DNA of 64,000 nt from Centroscyllium fabricii (taxonomy: Eukaryota): positions 472,750,001-472,814,000 of the forward strand of contig JBNRSN020000001.1 in assembly GCA_051313645.2 (NCBI GenBank). The letters run 5' to 3'. The notes under the pieces were generated by a model. That model had not been told where the DNA came from. It was given only the letters and a program-made list of their open reading frames with translations, and ran no database searches. Numbering within the stretch: position 1 is the first letter of the stretch; each line of letters begins with the position of its first letter. Below, one piece after another: positions 39,085 through 52,106 of the stretch. The position numbers and the translations under genes are program-made.

Positions 39085-42000
39085 ACTTTTTAAAAATTCA
39101 TTGATGGGATGTGGGCGTCGCTGGCTGGCTAGGCCTGCATTTAGTGCCCATTCCTAATTGCCCTTGAGAAGATGGTGGTGTGCCACATTCTTGAACCGCT
39201 GCAGTCCATATGGTGTAGGTACACCCACAATGTTGTTAGGAAGGGAGTTCCAGGATTTTGGCCCAGCGACAGTGAAGGACCGGCAATACAGGTCCAAGTC
39301 AGGATGGTGTGTGGCTTGGAGGGGAACTTGTAGGTGGTGCTGTTCCCATGTGTCTGCTGCCCTTGTCCTTCTAAGTGGTAGAGGTCGCGGGTTTGGAAGG
39401 TGCTGTTGAAGGAGCTTTGGTGAGTTGCTGCAGTGCATCTTGTAGATGGTACACACTGCAGCCACAGTGCGCCGGTGGTGGAGGGAGTGAATGTGGAAGA
39501 TGGTGAATAGAGTGCTTTATCCTGAATGGTGTCGAGCTTCTTGAGTGTTGTTGGAGCTGCACTCATCCAGGCAAGTGGAGAGTATTCCATCAAACTCCTG
39601 ACTTGTGCCTTGTAGATGGTGGAAAGTCTTTGGGAAGTCAGGAGGTGAGACACTCGCCGCAGAATTCCCAGCCTCTGGCCTGCTCTTGTAGCCACAGTAC
39701 TTATATGGCTGGTCCAGTTCAGTTTCCGATCAATGGTAACCCCCAGGATGTTGATAGTGGGGGATTCAGCGATGATAATGTCATTGAATGTCAAGGGGAG
39801 ATGGTTCGAGTCTCGCTTGTTGGAGATGGTCATTGCCTGGCACTTGTGTGGTGCGAATGTTACTTGCCACTTGTCAGCCCAAGTCTGAATGTTGTCCAGG
39901 ACTTGCTGCATATGGACACGGACTGCGTCAGTATCTGATGAGTCTTGAATGGTGCTGAACAGTGTGCAATCATCAGTGAACATCCCCACTTCTGACCTTA
40001 TGATGGAGGGAAGGTCATTGATGAAACAGCTGAAGATGGTTGGGCCTAGGACACTGCCCTGAGAAACTCCTGCAGTGATGTCCTGTGGTTGAGATGAATG
40101 ACCTCCAACAACCACAGCCAACTTCCTTTGTGATAGGTATGATTCCAACCAATGGAGAGTTTTCCCCTTGATTCCCATTGACTTCAGCTTTTCCTGGGCT
40201 CCTTGATGCCACACTCGATCAAATGCTGCCTTGATGTCAAGGGCAGTCACTCTCACCTCACCTCTTGAGTTCAGCTCTTTTGTCCATGTTTGCACCAAGG
40301 CTGTAATGATGTCAGGAGCTGAGTTGCCCTGGCGGAACCCAAACTGGGCGTCAGTTAGCAAGTTATTGCTGAGTAAGTGCCGCTTGATAGCACTGTCGAT
40401 GACACCTTCCATCACTTTGCTGATGATTGAGAGTAGACTGATGGGACGGTAATTGGCCAGGTCAGATTTGTCCTGCTTTTTGTAGACAGGACATACTTGG
40501 GCAATTTTCCACATTACTGGGTAGATGCCAGTGTTGTAGCTGTACTGGAACAGCTTGGCTAGGGGCACAGCTAGTTCTGGAGCACAAGTCTTCAGTACTA
40601 TTGCCAGAATGTTGTCAGGGCCCATAGCCTTTGTAGTATCCAGTGTCTTCAGCCATTTCTTGACATCACGTTAAGTGAATTGAACAGGCAAAAGACTGGC
40701 ATCTGTGATGCTGGGGACCTCAGGAGGAGGCCGAGATGGATCATCCACTCGGCATTTCTGGCTGAAGATAGTTGCAAATGCTTCAGCCTTGTCTTTTGCA
40801 CTCACGTGCTGGGCTCCACCATCATTGAGGATGGGACATTTTTGGAGCCTCCTCCTCCTGTTAACTGTTTAATTGTCCACCACCACTCATGACTGGATGT
40901 GGCAGGACTGCAGAGCTTTGATTTGATCCGATGGTTGTCAGATCGCTTAGCTCTGTCTATCGCTTGTTGCTTCTGTTGTTTGGCATGCAAGTAGTCCTGT
41001 GTTGTAGCATCACCAGGTTGACACCTCATTTTTCGGTATGCCTGGTGCTGTTCCCGGCATGCTCTCCTGCACTCTTCGCTAAACCAGGGTTGATCTCCTG
41101 GCTTGATGGTAATGGTAGAGTGAGGGATATGCCGGGCCATGAGGTTACAGATTGTGGTTGAATACAATTCTGCTGCTGCTGATGGCTCACAGCGCCTCAT
41201 GGATGCCCAGTTTTGAGTTGCCAGATCTGTTCGAAATCTGTCCCATTTAGCACGGTGGTAGTGCCACACAACACGGCGGAGGGTATCCTCAACATGAAGA
41301 CAGGACTTCGTCTCCACAAGGACTGTGCGGTGGTTACTTCCACCAATGCTGTCATGGGCAGATGCATCTGCAACAGGTAGATTGGTGAGGACGAGATCAA
41401 GTAGGTTTTTCCCTCTTGTTGGTTCCCTCACCACTTGTCGCAGACCCAGTCTGGCAGCTATGTCCTTTAGGACTCGGCCAGCTCGGTCAGCTGTGGTGCT
41501 ATCGAGCCACTCTTGGTGATGGACATTGAAGTCCTCCACCCAGAGGACATTTTGTGCCCTTGCTACTCTCAGTGCTTCTTCCAATTGATGTTCAACATGG
41601 AGGAGTACTGATTCATCAGCTGAGGGAGGGTGGTAGGTGGTAATTAGCAGGAGGTTTCCTTGCCCATGTTTGACTTGATGCCATGAGACCTCATGGGGTC
41701 CTGAGTCAATGTTGAGGAGTCCCAGGGCTACTCCCACCCGACTGTATACCATGGTGCCACCACCTCTGGTGGGTCTGTCCTGCCGGTGGGACAGGACATA
41801 CCCAGGAATGGTGATGGTGGTGTCTGGGACATTGACTGTAAGGTATGATTCTGTGAGTATGACAATGTCAGGCTGTTGCTTGACTAGTCTGTGGGACAGC
41901 TCTCCCAATTTTGGCACAAGTCCCCAGATGTTTGTGAGGAGGACTTTGCAGGGTCGACAGGGCCGGGTTTGCCGTTGACCTTGTTGTTTCCGGTGCAGAG

Positions 42001-42387
42001 GTCAATACCGGGTGGTCCGTCCAGTTTTATTCTTATTGTTTTTCGTAGCGGTTGTTTACAACTGAGTGGCTTGCTAGGCCATTTCAGAGGGCATTAAGAG
42101 TCAACCACATTGCTGTGGATCTGGAGTCACATGTAGGCCAGACCAGGTAAGGATGGCAGATTTCCTTCCCTAAAGGACATTAGTGAACCAGATGGGTTTT
42201 TGCAACAATTGGCAATGGTATCACGGTCGCCATTACTAAGACTAACATTTAATTCCAGAATTAAATTGAATTGAATTTAAATTCCACCAGCTGCCGTGCT
42301 GGCATTTGAAACCATATCCTCAGAGCATTTGACTGAGCCTCTAGCTTACTAGTCTAGTGATATAACCACTACGCCACCACCTCCCCC
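39085..42387 (-). mobile_element. Near full-length CR1/L2-group LINE (APE + RT, frameshifted) with tRNA-like 5' head
   Basis: APE ORF 41917-40802 (PDIVILTES, DFNVHH, LDLVLT, SNH). RT ORF 40625-39141 (YRPISLL, QFGFR, LDIKAAFD, GVSQGSVLGP, FTDD). 3' tail near 39085-39170. Box A/B-like motifs at 42376-42366 and 42313-42301. Confidence 0.92.
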
Positions 42388-42659
42388 ATCTCTGGATTCT
42401 GACTCCATTAAAGTGGATCTTGTGAGATGGGTGAGCTATACTGGATGATCACACCAATGTAAGTGGAGGGAAGGACGTAAACACACATAGGGGTAATTTT
42501 CTGACTACGCTGTCAGTGGAAATGGAAAATCATGCACAGTGTGTAACTGAATTTCCAATCTGTGCCACCTCTGGGTATACAAAGTTGAACTCACAACTTG
42601 TGTTCACAATTTCGAGACAAATGGTGCTTCATTTGGCAGTGTTAACTTAAATAAAACTC

Positions 42660-43010
42660 TCTTCCTTCCTGAAGGTGATGACTCATGTTGGGGTATGGTT
42701 CACAGATACCCAAGTGATCAATATACCTAAAGTGTTGGAGTACAATTCAACATTGGGAGTATCCCAGCTAAGCTTGATCCTATACATCCCTATGTACACT
42801 TTCAAACAAAGATCATGGGAGTGCAATTAGGAATGAGAAACCTGGTTAATTTTTCTCTCCCTAGCTTAGGGACACTGAGGCCAAATGCAGGACCCTTCTG
42901 GCAATCAGTTCACTCAGCATAGATGGGGAATCAGAACCAGGACTTTCCTAATCTGCACAGTTCAGTTGAGTACCATGTCATGTTATTTACCCACTGAGCC
43001 ACTAAGGGGA
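42660..43010 (-). mobile_element. Old tRNA-headed SINE-like repeat (same family as 8895-9910)
   Basis: Minus head gtggctcagtgggtaaata...ggttctgattcccc; shares ggcctcagtgtccctaagctaggg and the tail gaaccataccccaacatgagtcatcaccttcagg. Confidence 0.55.
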
Positions 43011-43110
43011 GTAGTATTACATTCACACTCCACCGATGCTGCCTGGCCTGCTGAGTTTCGCCAGCGTTTTCTGTGATTATTTCAGCATTACATTCTTATC
43101 AGGTTACTAA

Positions 43111-43725
43111 AGGCCCTGTCACACCTTGACGAATTAGCTAGCGCATGCCGACGTATGCAAATTTATCTAAAACGCTGGCGTTCGCGATGTTTTTTTCAGT
43201 TTTTGGGCGTATAATAGCGTATTCATAACGAGTTGGACGTATCGTATTAGTAACGTACACAGAACGTATCGATAACTTACAGATAACTTATACCAACGAA
43301 TGCTTAGCGTTTTGTCGGCGTTCACAACTTATGCCCAACGATAGTCTAACTTATGCATAGCGCACGGCAGCGTTTCGTCGACGATCACGTGGCTAGACAT
43401 TATCTCGACGTATTTTGACTTATGACTAACTTACAAGTAACGTGTGTCGACGTGTGTCAACGATCGCCTAACGTGCCTAACGTGCCTACAACTTATGGCC
43501 AGCGTATGCGGACGTGTGAGTCATACGCTGGATAAGTCTAGAAATTTTGTGCATGCTCAAAATTTCTCGACTTACTCGGAGTACAACGACGTATGCCAGC
43601 GTATGCCAGCGTATGCCAGCGTGCTCTTAACGTATACAAAACTTACCCATAACGTATTCGACGTGTACCAGCGTTTTCGCCAAATTTGCATATGCTGGCT
43701 AAAACGTCAAGGTGTGACAGCCCCA
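43111..43725. mobile_element. Young CpG-rich Harbinger-type MITE
   Basis: TIRs ctgtcacaccttgacg..ttagc.agc / gctggctaaaacgtcaaggtgtgacag; flanks TAA / TTA. Internal (GTATGCCAGC)3. Confidence 0.85.
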
Positions 43726-44672
43726 TTAGCATAATGTGGTTAACTTAAAAAGAAGTGCTAATTGAATTAAAAAAATTAGATTTCTCTCTCCCTAGGTTTT
43801 GGTGTGTCCAATGCACTCCGTTGCTTCTTAATGTCACATGGTGTGAAACAAATTAGCTCGGATATTGGCGATGATGCAGTATCAGTAATGTTAGATCAGT
43901 GTGATATATAAATAATATGAGTAGAGACTTTGGGAATCTCAAACCTGCCACAAGTATGGCCTGGTCAACAAGAATTGCTCTGATGGGCAAGAATCCAAAA
44001 GCTATCAAACAATAAACAGTTTATAATGCGAACTACAAGAGGTAAGAAGTGCGACTCACAGGTGCCAAAAATAGCAAATATAATTTTCACATTATTTCAA
44101 CTTGGTCTGTCCTTACTATTCCTTCATTATAATTTTTACACTGTTCCCTTTTTTCACTTTTCTCTATTTTAACCTATTTGACATTATTTTCATTTATGTT
44201 CTCTATTTCATTCTTCATGTTACATTATTTCTGCCTGTTTTTAAATGAACAACTTACATGTTTTCCTCCGCCTCTACTGAGCAGTTCACAATTTTGTATT
44301 TTGGATCTGCAGCATTAAACATCCCTGATTGATTGGCTAAAAGCTTTGAAATTCATGGGTTGGAAGAGGGCCTAAGACCCACTTCAGTTCAGTGGGGCCT
44401 ACCCAAACTATGGACCAGAATCCGGCTCCTCCAGGATGTCATGCCATTTAGACCAGTCCTTTAAATTCCAGCCGGGGGGCCACGGTCAGATCTTCCACCC
44501 CACTCCCCCAGGTCAAAGGTGCAGGTCATTGGGAGTTCCCGAGCTAACTCAGAATTCCTCACTTTACACAATTGAAAGGTCTCAGGGGATTCACATCATT
44601 GTGTCCCTTTGTGGCCCTCTGAAGGCCCCAAACTTATACTAGAATAAGGGAATTGCTCCCATAAGAGTTCAA

Positions 44673-44905
44673 GGGGACAAAATTTGGTCCTTTGGGGTGC
44701 TAACTGTGCTACTTTTATCGCCCCAAAAAAGTTAGCACCCCCGCACCCGAAATTCACTGGTAGCACCCCAAGAGGGAGGTGCTACTGGAAGCGCCCCGCC
44801 TCCTTCTTGGGGTGCTGTGAGTGAATATCGTGGAATTACATGCCGCAGCACCTTGCCTCTAAGGGCGCTAATGGGAGGCACAAATCAATCGAATTTCGCC
44901 CCCCC
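44673..44905. mobile_element. Degraded Harbinger-type MITE
   Basis: Termini ggggacaaaatttg / gaatttcgcccc; resembles 57765-58548. Confidence 0.55.
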
Positions 44906-45214
44906 CCCACCCCAAGTTCCTTCTCGAGCAGTGAGTGGCTTCAGTTGGAGCTAAAGACTTACTAAAAAAAAATGCTTTAATCAATTTGGGCTTCATGGAA
45001 TTTCCGGTGAGTGGCAGGACGTTGCCCATGAATGCACACAGCTATTCCTTATTGATAAATTCAATGCACTGTTTAATAAGCAGTAGCTAAATTAGTGATT
45101 AAGTGATTTTCTAGTACTGTATAAGAAAATTAAGTAAATATATTAAAGAACCACAAAAACAACTCAAAACATTTTGGCTGACAAATAATTTATCAAAATT
45201 TGTAAATTGGTATA

Positions 45215-46297
45215 CAGTCAAACCTGTGTTAGCGGCCACCTCTACAGAACGGTCACCTGTTCATAGCGGCCACATCGGTCTCCCCCGCGGAGAAATACTG
45301 TATTATAAGCCCTGTACACAACGACCACCTGTTCAACGCGACCAGTGGCCACCCGTTTTGTATCCCTCAATCAATTTCCAACCGCACACAGTGTTAATCT
45401 GTAGAGGTAGCCGCTAACACAGGTTTGACAGTGCCGCCACTCGTGGAAGCAGCCAATCAGCGAGAAACAAGGGCGGTTGCACCACCCCCATTGTCACACT
45501 GATTTACAAGCGTGTAGCAAAGGGCCGCGGACGAATGAGAAGGCACCAACGTCACGTTTCCATGGCAGCGGCCCTGCTGTATCTCCTTGTTTGGGTTGAG
45601 AAAGCGCGGGGTTAGTGCGAGTCAATGAGTAACTGGCCAGTCACCCCACACACCCGGGGGCTGGGCTCACATCACACTCAGCCTGCGGTGTGAGAGAGAG
45701 AGAGGAGGAGGAGGAGGAGGAGGCCGTGGATCCGCGGCCTACCGCCTCAAGATTAATCCCCGAGGTGAGACCTTTAGGATAGCGGAGAGAGAGAGAGACT
45801 CACCTCAGATGGTGTCCGGTGGGGCTGCGGAGAGACTCCATCTCCCTTTCCTCACACATACTCAGCCCGAGAAGACAAGATCCTCTGGTTTCACCTACAT
45901 CTCCTCACTCAAATTTTTTAAATTTTAAACCCGCAATCGTGCCTTCTTCCTTCGGCTGGCGCGATTCAAACTTCCCGCTGCCGCATCACACTCACAAAAT
46001 GGCGGCTGCCCTCTTCACCCGCACACGGACACATTAAAACTTTTCCCTCTGGCTCTCTCCCACCTTTTAGCTGGGATGCTTTAAATTTAGATCGTTCACT
46101 CAGTCACGTCTCCCCATCTTTTCTTTTCTCTGGCCGGCTGGGCTTTTAAATTTCCTGCTTTTCTTGGGACCGGACCGCGCCACAGCTCATGTACATAACA
46201 ACAAAATGGCTGCCGTCAACCTGTATAGAAACCCACCTGTCTATAAAGGCCACTTTTTGCATTTCCTGTGAGTGGCCTTTCTGTACAGGTTTGACTG
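45215..46297. mobile_element. Tc1/mariner(pogo)-type composite element: two MITE modules flanking CpG-rich cargo
   Basis: Outer TIRs CAGTCAAACCTGT / ACAGGTTTGACTG with TA on both sides. Damaged inner TIRs at 45400-45431 and 46213-46235. Confidence 0.85.
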
Positions 46298-47442
46298 TAA
46301 ATGCAGTCAATGAGATTTCTGATCATCAGGTACATTTTGGTTGGAAATTTCCTCAGAGCTGCTCCTAACTTCACTGTTTATAGATTGTGAGTTGTTATAT
46401 TACTTTTATGTATCATGAAGAATTCCTCAGTTTAAAAATAAACACTGCAAAAGATGGGTTCTAAGAGTGCAACACACACAAGGTTTATTCTTTCTTTACT
46501 CTTGTATAAAATATCTTATGTTTCTTCTTAAAGTGTAACCTGTAGTTTAATAGCAATAAATGTAGGAATCCCAGCACGTATAAAGCAGTAAATAGCTTGT
46601 GTGTACTGAATAAACACAGGGGCCAATGGTTGAAGTGTTTATTGGTGTTATAACGTGTGCACCATGTATTATACACAATGGCCTTCACTAAGTTGTTGTT
46701 GGTTGAGTGTATGGCACCGAAATCCACAAACTTTATTGGTAAAATCATAACCTCATGATCTTCAGCTAAGTGTTTAGTATTATTGAGCATAACTCAAAAC
46801 CAGGTTCTTTTTTAAAATAGATTTATTTTTGTAATAACTTTGTTTGTAAAAATTATTTAGTTAGTTTTCTGCTCATCAAGGTGAGACATGTCAAAACTGA
46901 GGAATGAAACATGGGGGGAATTTTGAGGTCCCCGTCAGGCGGGGTTTTGGGCGGCCGTGAGGTGAAAATAGGAACATTTTGGCTCCCGCCCAAGCCCGCC
47001 CATTCCCCGCTGCTTTTGAATTTTTGGGCGGCCTTTTTCCCCGCCCCGAATCTGTCCCGCTGGCGCCCGGCGGGGATGGTTGTAAAGGTCGCTAAGGGCC
47101 CTTAATTGCCATCTTTTATGCCATTTTAAGGGCCCTTAGCAATTTTCAGCTGTTTGCCGCACAAAAGCTGCCAAGCTAAACCCCGTCAGGTGAAACCCTT
47201 GTGCGAACTCAGTCGGATTGCTGAGTATCTGTGGCCGGTCACTCATTGAAGGTTCACATTTAATCAGCCATCATTCGCATTCGCAACCACATTGTTGTCT
47301 CAGTCCTGGGGATACTTGCAACAGGCTGCAGCACACCTGTGGGCGGTTGCATCCTCAAACACTTCTGCAGTGTGACCTGGGAAAGCCCTCTCACTTCCCC
47401 AACTCAGTCAGTGCTTCCTCAGCCGCGGCTGCCAGCACAGCC

Positions 47443-48690
47443 ATGGGAGCCATTTTCTTCCTTCCCTTCTTGGGATTACATGATCTCCATCAGGAGCAGT
47501 TGCGGCTACAGCAGCAACAGCAGCAGCCACACCAGGAGCCTGACGCTCCTGCGGACCCTCCGGTGGCAGGATGGGCCAGAAGGCATCCGCGCATCGAAGG
47601 CCGGCGCCGTAGAAGATACACCCCAAACCGGGTCTACAGTGTCAGAGCCACCTACCTCAACATGAGTGAGTGGCGGTGCCAAAGGCAGCTCCGACTTTCC
47701 CGAGAGGCAGTCACAGATATCTGCGCCATACTGCAGCAGCAGCTGCAGCCCAGGACACCAGGTAGACATGCCTTACCAGTGGCCCTCAAAGTCACCACCG
47801 CACTCAACATCTTTGCCTCGGGCTCATTCCAGGGATCAGCAGCAGACATCAGCGGAATCTCCCCATCGGCCGCACACTCCTGCATCACCCAGGTAACCGA
47901 TGCCCTCTTTGCCCTCGCCCACAACTTCTTCCATTTCACCACGGATTGCGCAAGTGTGAGGGCCCGAGCGATTGGAATAGCTCGTCTGGCAGGCTTCCCA
48001 AGGGTACAGGGCATCATTGACTGCACACATGTGGCCCTTAGGGCACCCACCGACAACCCAGTTGCTTTTGTCAACCGCAAGGGCTTCCATTCGCTCAATG
48101 TTCAACTGGTGTGTGACCACCACAAGGAGATTTTGCATGTGTGTGCCAGGTACCCTGGCAGCTGCCATGACTCCTTCATCTAGCGACAATCAACTTTGCC
48201 TACGCTCTTCACACCACCGGACGAACTTCCGGGATGGCTACCTGGAGACAAGGGCTATCCCCTCAGGACTTGGCTCATGACGCCGGTCAGGAGGCCAGCC
48301 AATGAGGCTGAGGAGAACTACAACTCCACACACATCTCCACCAGAAGCATTATAGAGCACACCATCGTTTTGCTCAAGATGCTTTTCAGATGCTTGGACA
48401 GATCAGGTGGAGCCCTGCAATACTCCCCAGCCAGGGTCTCCAGAATGGTAGTGGTTTGCTGTCAACTTCACAACATGGCCCAGCGTCGTGGCTTGCAAAT
48501 TCCTGACCAAGACCTGGCTCCTCGCATACCGTCCTCAGATGATGAGCAGGAGGAGGAGGAAGAGGAGGAAGAAGAGGAGGAGGAATATGACGGGGGAGCT
48601 GCAGCTCGACACCAGCCTCCGCCAGCATTACACGAGAACATTGCTGCCCGGCAAGCAAGGAACGAGCTCATCCTTGCAAGATTTGCTTAG
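47443..48690 (+). pseudogene. Harbinger DDE transposase, one in-frame nonsense codon
   Basis: MGAIFF...FASGSFQ...GFPRVQGIIDCTHV...NRKGFHSLNVQLVCD...YPGSCHDSFI*RQS...GDKGYPL...RSIIEHTI...[18 protein letters not shown] at 48181-48183, and the frame continues past it. Confidence 0.92.
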
Positions 48691-50125
48691 CCTACTCAAG
48701 GCAGCTTCTGCTACTCTCACCATCCTAACAGCGCATCCAGCTGCCACACTCCAAGCTGTTCCATAGCTCATACCTGCATGAGCTGCACTACTGCAACAAC
48801 ATCTGTGTGTGGGGGGTGGGCTTATGGGGCTGCCAATTGGCTCTGAGTGCCTTCAGCGCTCGCGCATGCACCCAGTCCCCTGACGCCCCAGACATTTCAT
48901 TTATGCTCATCGTCCCATCCATCCATCCATCACATGCAATAATGAACCCAGAAACTATAAAGGTTGCAACTGTAACATGCAGTTTAATAATGGCATTAAG
49001 CAACCATGGCCACATTAATGGTTGTTCGAGTCAGGACCAGCACTTATCAATCACTGCATTAATGTTGTCCCAGCCATCTCACCTACCTACATGCAGATTT
49101 CAAAGCTCAAAAAGTCATTATCAGCAATGCAGAACCTCAGCCAGTCCAGTTTTGAGAATGCAAGTTCATTTCCACCGTCACTCAGGGTCCACCAATCTCA
49201 CGTGGTGCCCCTCCCTTTTCGAGTGCGCCACAGATTCTGACCAAGCATCGACTCTGCTGTGGGATTCACACTGAAATCTGGGTTCTTTATCAGCGGATCC
49301 AAACGCAAAATCCGTCTGACGTCGTCACCACGGTCCTTTGAAATGGCCCATACAGACAATATGTACCGTTCGATTATGGCTGCCATGTCAAGATTGCTGA
49401 TGCGGCTGGGGCTGATGTGCCTCAGGCTGTCCTGGAGGTGCTTCAGGGTTGCGCATCCGAACATGCGCCAGGAGATCTGGAACACGGTGTGGGAAAATGT
49501 GTGGTGGGCCTGCATTCACGTCCTAACGTTCAAAATCAGAGATGTGAGGCATGCTGGAACCATGGCTGATTGGCCATTCCATCAGGGTCAGGTGCTGTGA
49601 GGGGCCAGCTGCAGCCACATGATGTTGGATGCATGGGCACTTTGGCCAGTTGGCCCATTTTTTCTTTGCCCACCTCCATCCCTGTTGAGTTGACTTTGTT
49701 TGTGCGTTCAGCCGTGAGGCTTGTTTCCTGGTGGTCGATGAGCATCAGGAGGTTTCTGCAGTTCGGGTGCTGATCATTTCCAGCATCCATCATTTACACA
49801 GTCGTTCTGGTCGGTGGTGTGCGTAAGCATTCAGGTAGGCCGATTTCAAGTACCTTCACACTTCACCATTGAGCTACTGTCTGTTATTAAACCTCGTGCG
49901 TCTTGCTGTAAGTCCTTCTGCCATCTTGCGTCTGCATCATTGCATATCTGTGAGGCCTGGCCAATTGCTGGGCAGCCTGCATATGGCATCAATGTGGAAG
50001 GGTCATTCGCGAGATGGCAGACATGACAACTGCATCAGGTGCCACCCTGAGTGGTCTGCTGTGTGACCAGCACTATGGACACCTAAATCGCTCTAACACT
50101 ATCACCCAAGTGACTCCCCTTGTAC

Positions 50126-52106
50126 CTAAGGGTGCTTAACTGTACTCTTACGAGTCCTCCTACGTGGTGCTGGCCCTGTGGCATCAGCAGATGTGGAGGC
50201 CCCCTGCTGAGTTCCCTGCTGCTCCTGTGTGGACACCTTTGGCGATCGTCCTCTGGGGCGGCGAGTCTTTGAGGGCTTGCCACCAGTCTGCGGCTCCTGC
50301 GGCTGGGCAGGGTATGAGACTTCCATCTCAGGTGGATTGGGACTCCGGCGGGCCTCTGACCGAGGGCTCTGCAGTGGTGTGGACGTGAGAGCGCTTGGAG
50401 AGGAGCCCCCACTTCCTGCAGCTGCACCACCAACCTCCCTCTCATGGGTCAACTCCCCCTCAGTGCTAGCAAGTGGCTGGACAGCACCTTGCTGCACTTC
50501 AGGGGGGCCATGGGGACCTGTATCTACACTGCAAGTCCTACTGAGAGGGACTTCCATTAAGGTCTGGTTCCTGTGCTCAATAGATGCCACTCGCTCCTCA
50601 AGAGATGTGACTCTATTCCAAACACTCCCCATGTCTTCGAAACACTGGCGACTTATGTGCTCGATGGCCATTGCCATCATCTCATCCATGGTCACTATCC
50701 TTTCCATGGAGGTTGCCATCCTTCCCATGGTGATGCGATCAGGTGCCACTGACTCCGCAAAGGAGCTTCTCATGCTCACGACGGATTCCTCAATTCGCAT
50801 GATACTCGCAGCTACCTCGGAGACAAAACCTGCCAGAGACGCCTGCATCTGTGTCTGGAGTCCCATCATCTGTCCTCTGCCTGATGGATCCAGAGGCACA
50901 GGGTCGACATGCAGCTAAGCTAAGCTGGCAGAGTCCTGCGCCCTCCGACCAGGACTCTGCAATGCTGTCCCTGTCTCCACAATCTGCTGAGGCTCACTTG
51001 TGCTGTCTGGATTACCCGGTGACAAGTCAGATCTATCTCTAGGGGGCCCACTGAGGTGCTAGTATCTGCGCTGGTGCCGGGTGGTGTCTGTGCTGCTGAC
51101 GGTGTGCCCTCAGAGGTGGCAGCTTCCTCTGAGGACTGTACAGGGGCCAGCTCATTCTCAGCAGCACTCGGCCAGCCAGCTGTGGCTGGTCCTGTGGGCC
51201 AGTAAAGGAAGAGGTTAGAAATATGTCAGCAAGGTTACATAGAGATAGCATTCAGGAGCTGAGCAGAAGTGCATCTGCAGTGCTTTTATATTCATTGTGC
51301 CAGTCTCATGTGTTAGCTAATAGAGAGAAATGAAACCATGCTGTCACCAGCTTGAGATTCCATGCCTGCCTCGCCGTCACCCACTCCTGGTCCTCCCCTA
51401 CGAGATCAAGGACTACCTCCTCCCAGGTGCTCAGCTGCAGGATGGTGGGGGGTCCTCCTCCGGTCCCGGCTCTCTGCCACTTGTTGGCAGTTGACTTTTC
51501 CTGCAATGAGGGAGAGAAGTGCAGGTTAAGTGAGAAGGAAGGAGTTGGTGCAGCGAGTGGCCAGCAAAGTTAGTTGGAGGGAGAGAAAGATGGAGTAAGC
51601 CTGCAAGACCAAAGGCTCTCCGTGTGTGGTGCCAGATGTGCTGCAAGCATGAGAGTGAGAGGGAGTGTGAGGGTTGCATGGTGGAGAAGGACTGTGATTG
51701 TGAGCATAGAGAGAGAGGGAATGGGTAAGGTTGCTTCGATGTGATGGTGAAGTGGGATGTGGAGGAAGGGAGTGGTGAAGCTAAGTTCTGATGAGAAGAG
51801 GTGAGGGGGATGAGATTGAGGGTGAGGGGAAATGAATACTTACTTTCGCAATGCGGTGCAGGTCATGCAATCTCTTCCGACACTGGAGCCAGGACCGGGG
51901 TGTTGTGCCCAAGGAGCTGACCCCCTCAGCCACCTGCAGCCAAGCAGCCTTGGTCTGGGAGGGAGGTCTCTTCCTCCCTGAGGAGGGGAAGAGAATCTCC
52001 ATATGGGTCTTGCCCCCTCGACTAATGTGTCGAGAGAGGCGTCATCAAATTTGGGGGTGGGTCGTCCCCTCCCAATGTCCGATGCAGCACACTCACGCTC
52101 AGCCAT
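50126..52106 (-). pseudogene. Harbinger Myb/SANT-like DNA-binding protein gene, 3 exons, disrupted
   Basis: Exon 1 52106-51844 (PKFDDASLDTLVEG/ILFPSSGRKRPPSQTKAAWLQVA..RSWLQCRKRLHDL, frameshift near 52003, donor GTAAGT). Exon 2 51500-51348 (GTGGGPP). Exon 3 from ~51200 to the stop at 50126, with a coiled-coil-like segment and a basic tail. Confidence 0.8.

Noticed and set aside
47443-52106. Domesticated HARBI1 / NAIF1 host genes
   Set aside because: A nonsense codon, a frameshift, the convergent two-gene layout inside TIRs and multiple related remnants indicate a transposon.
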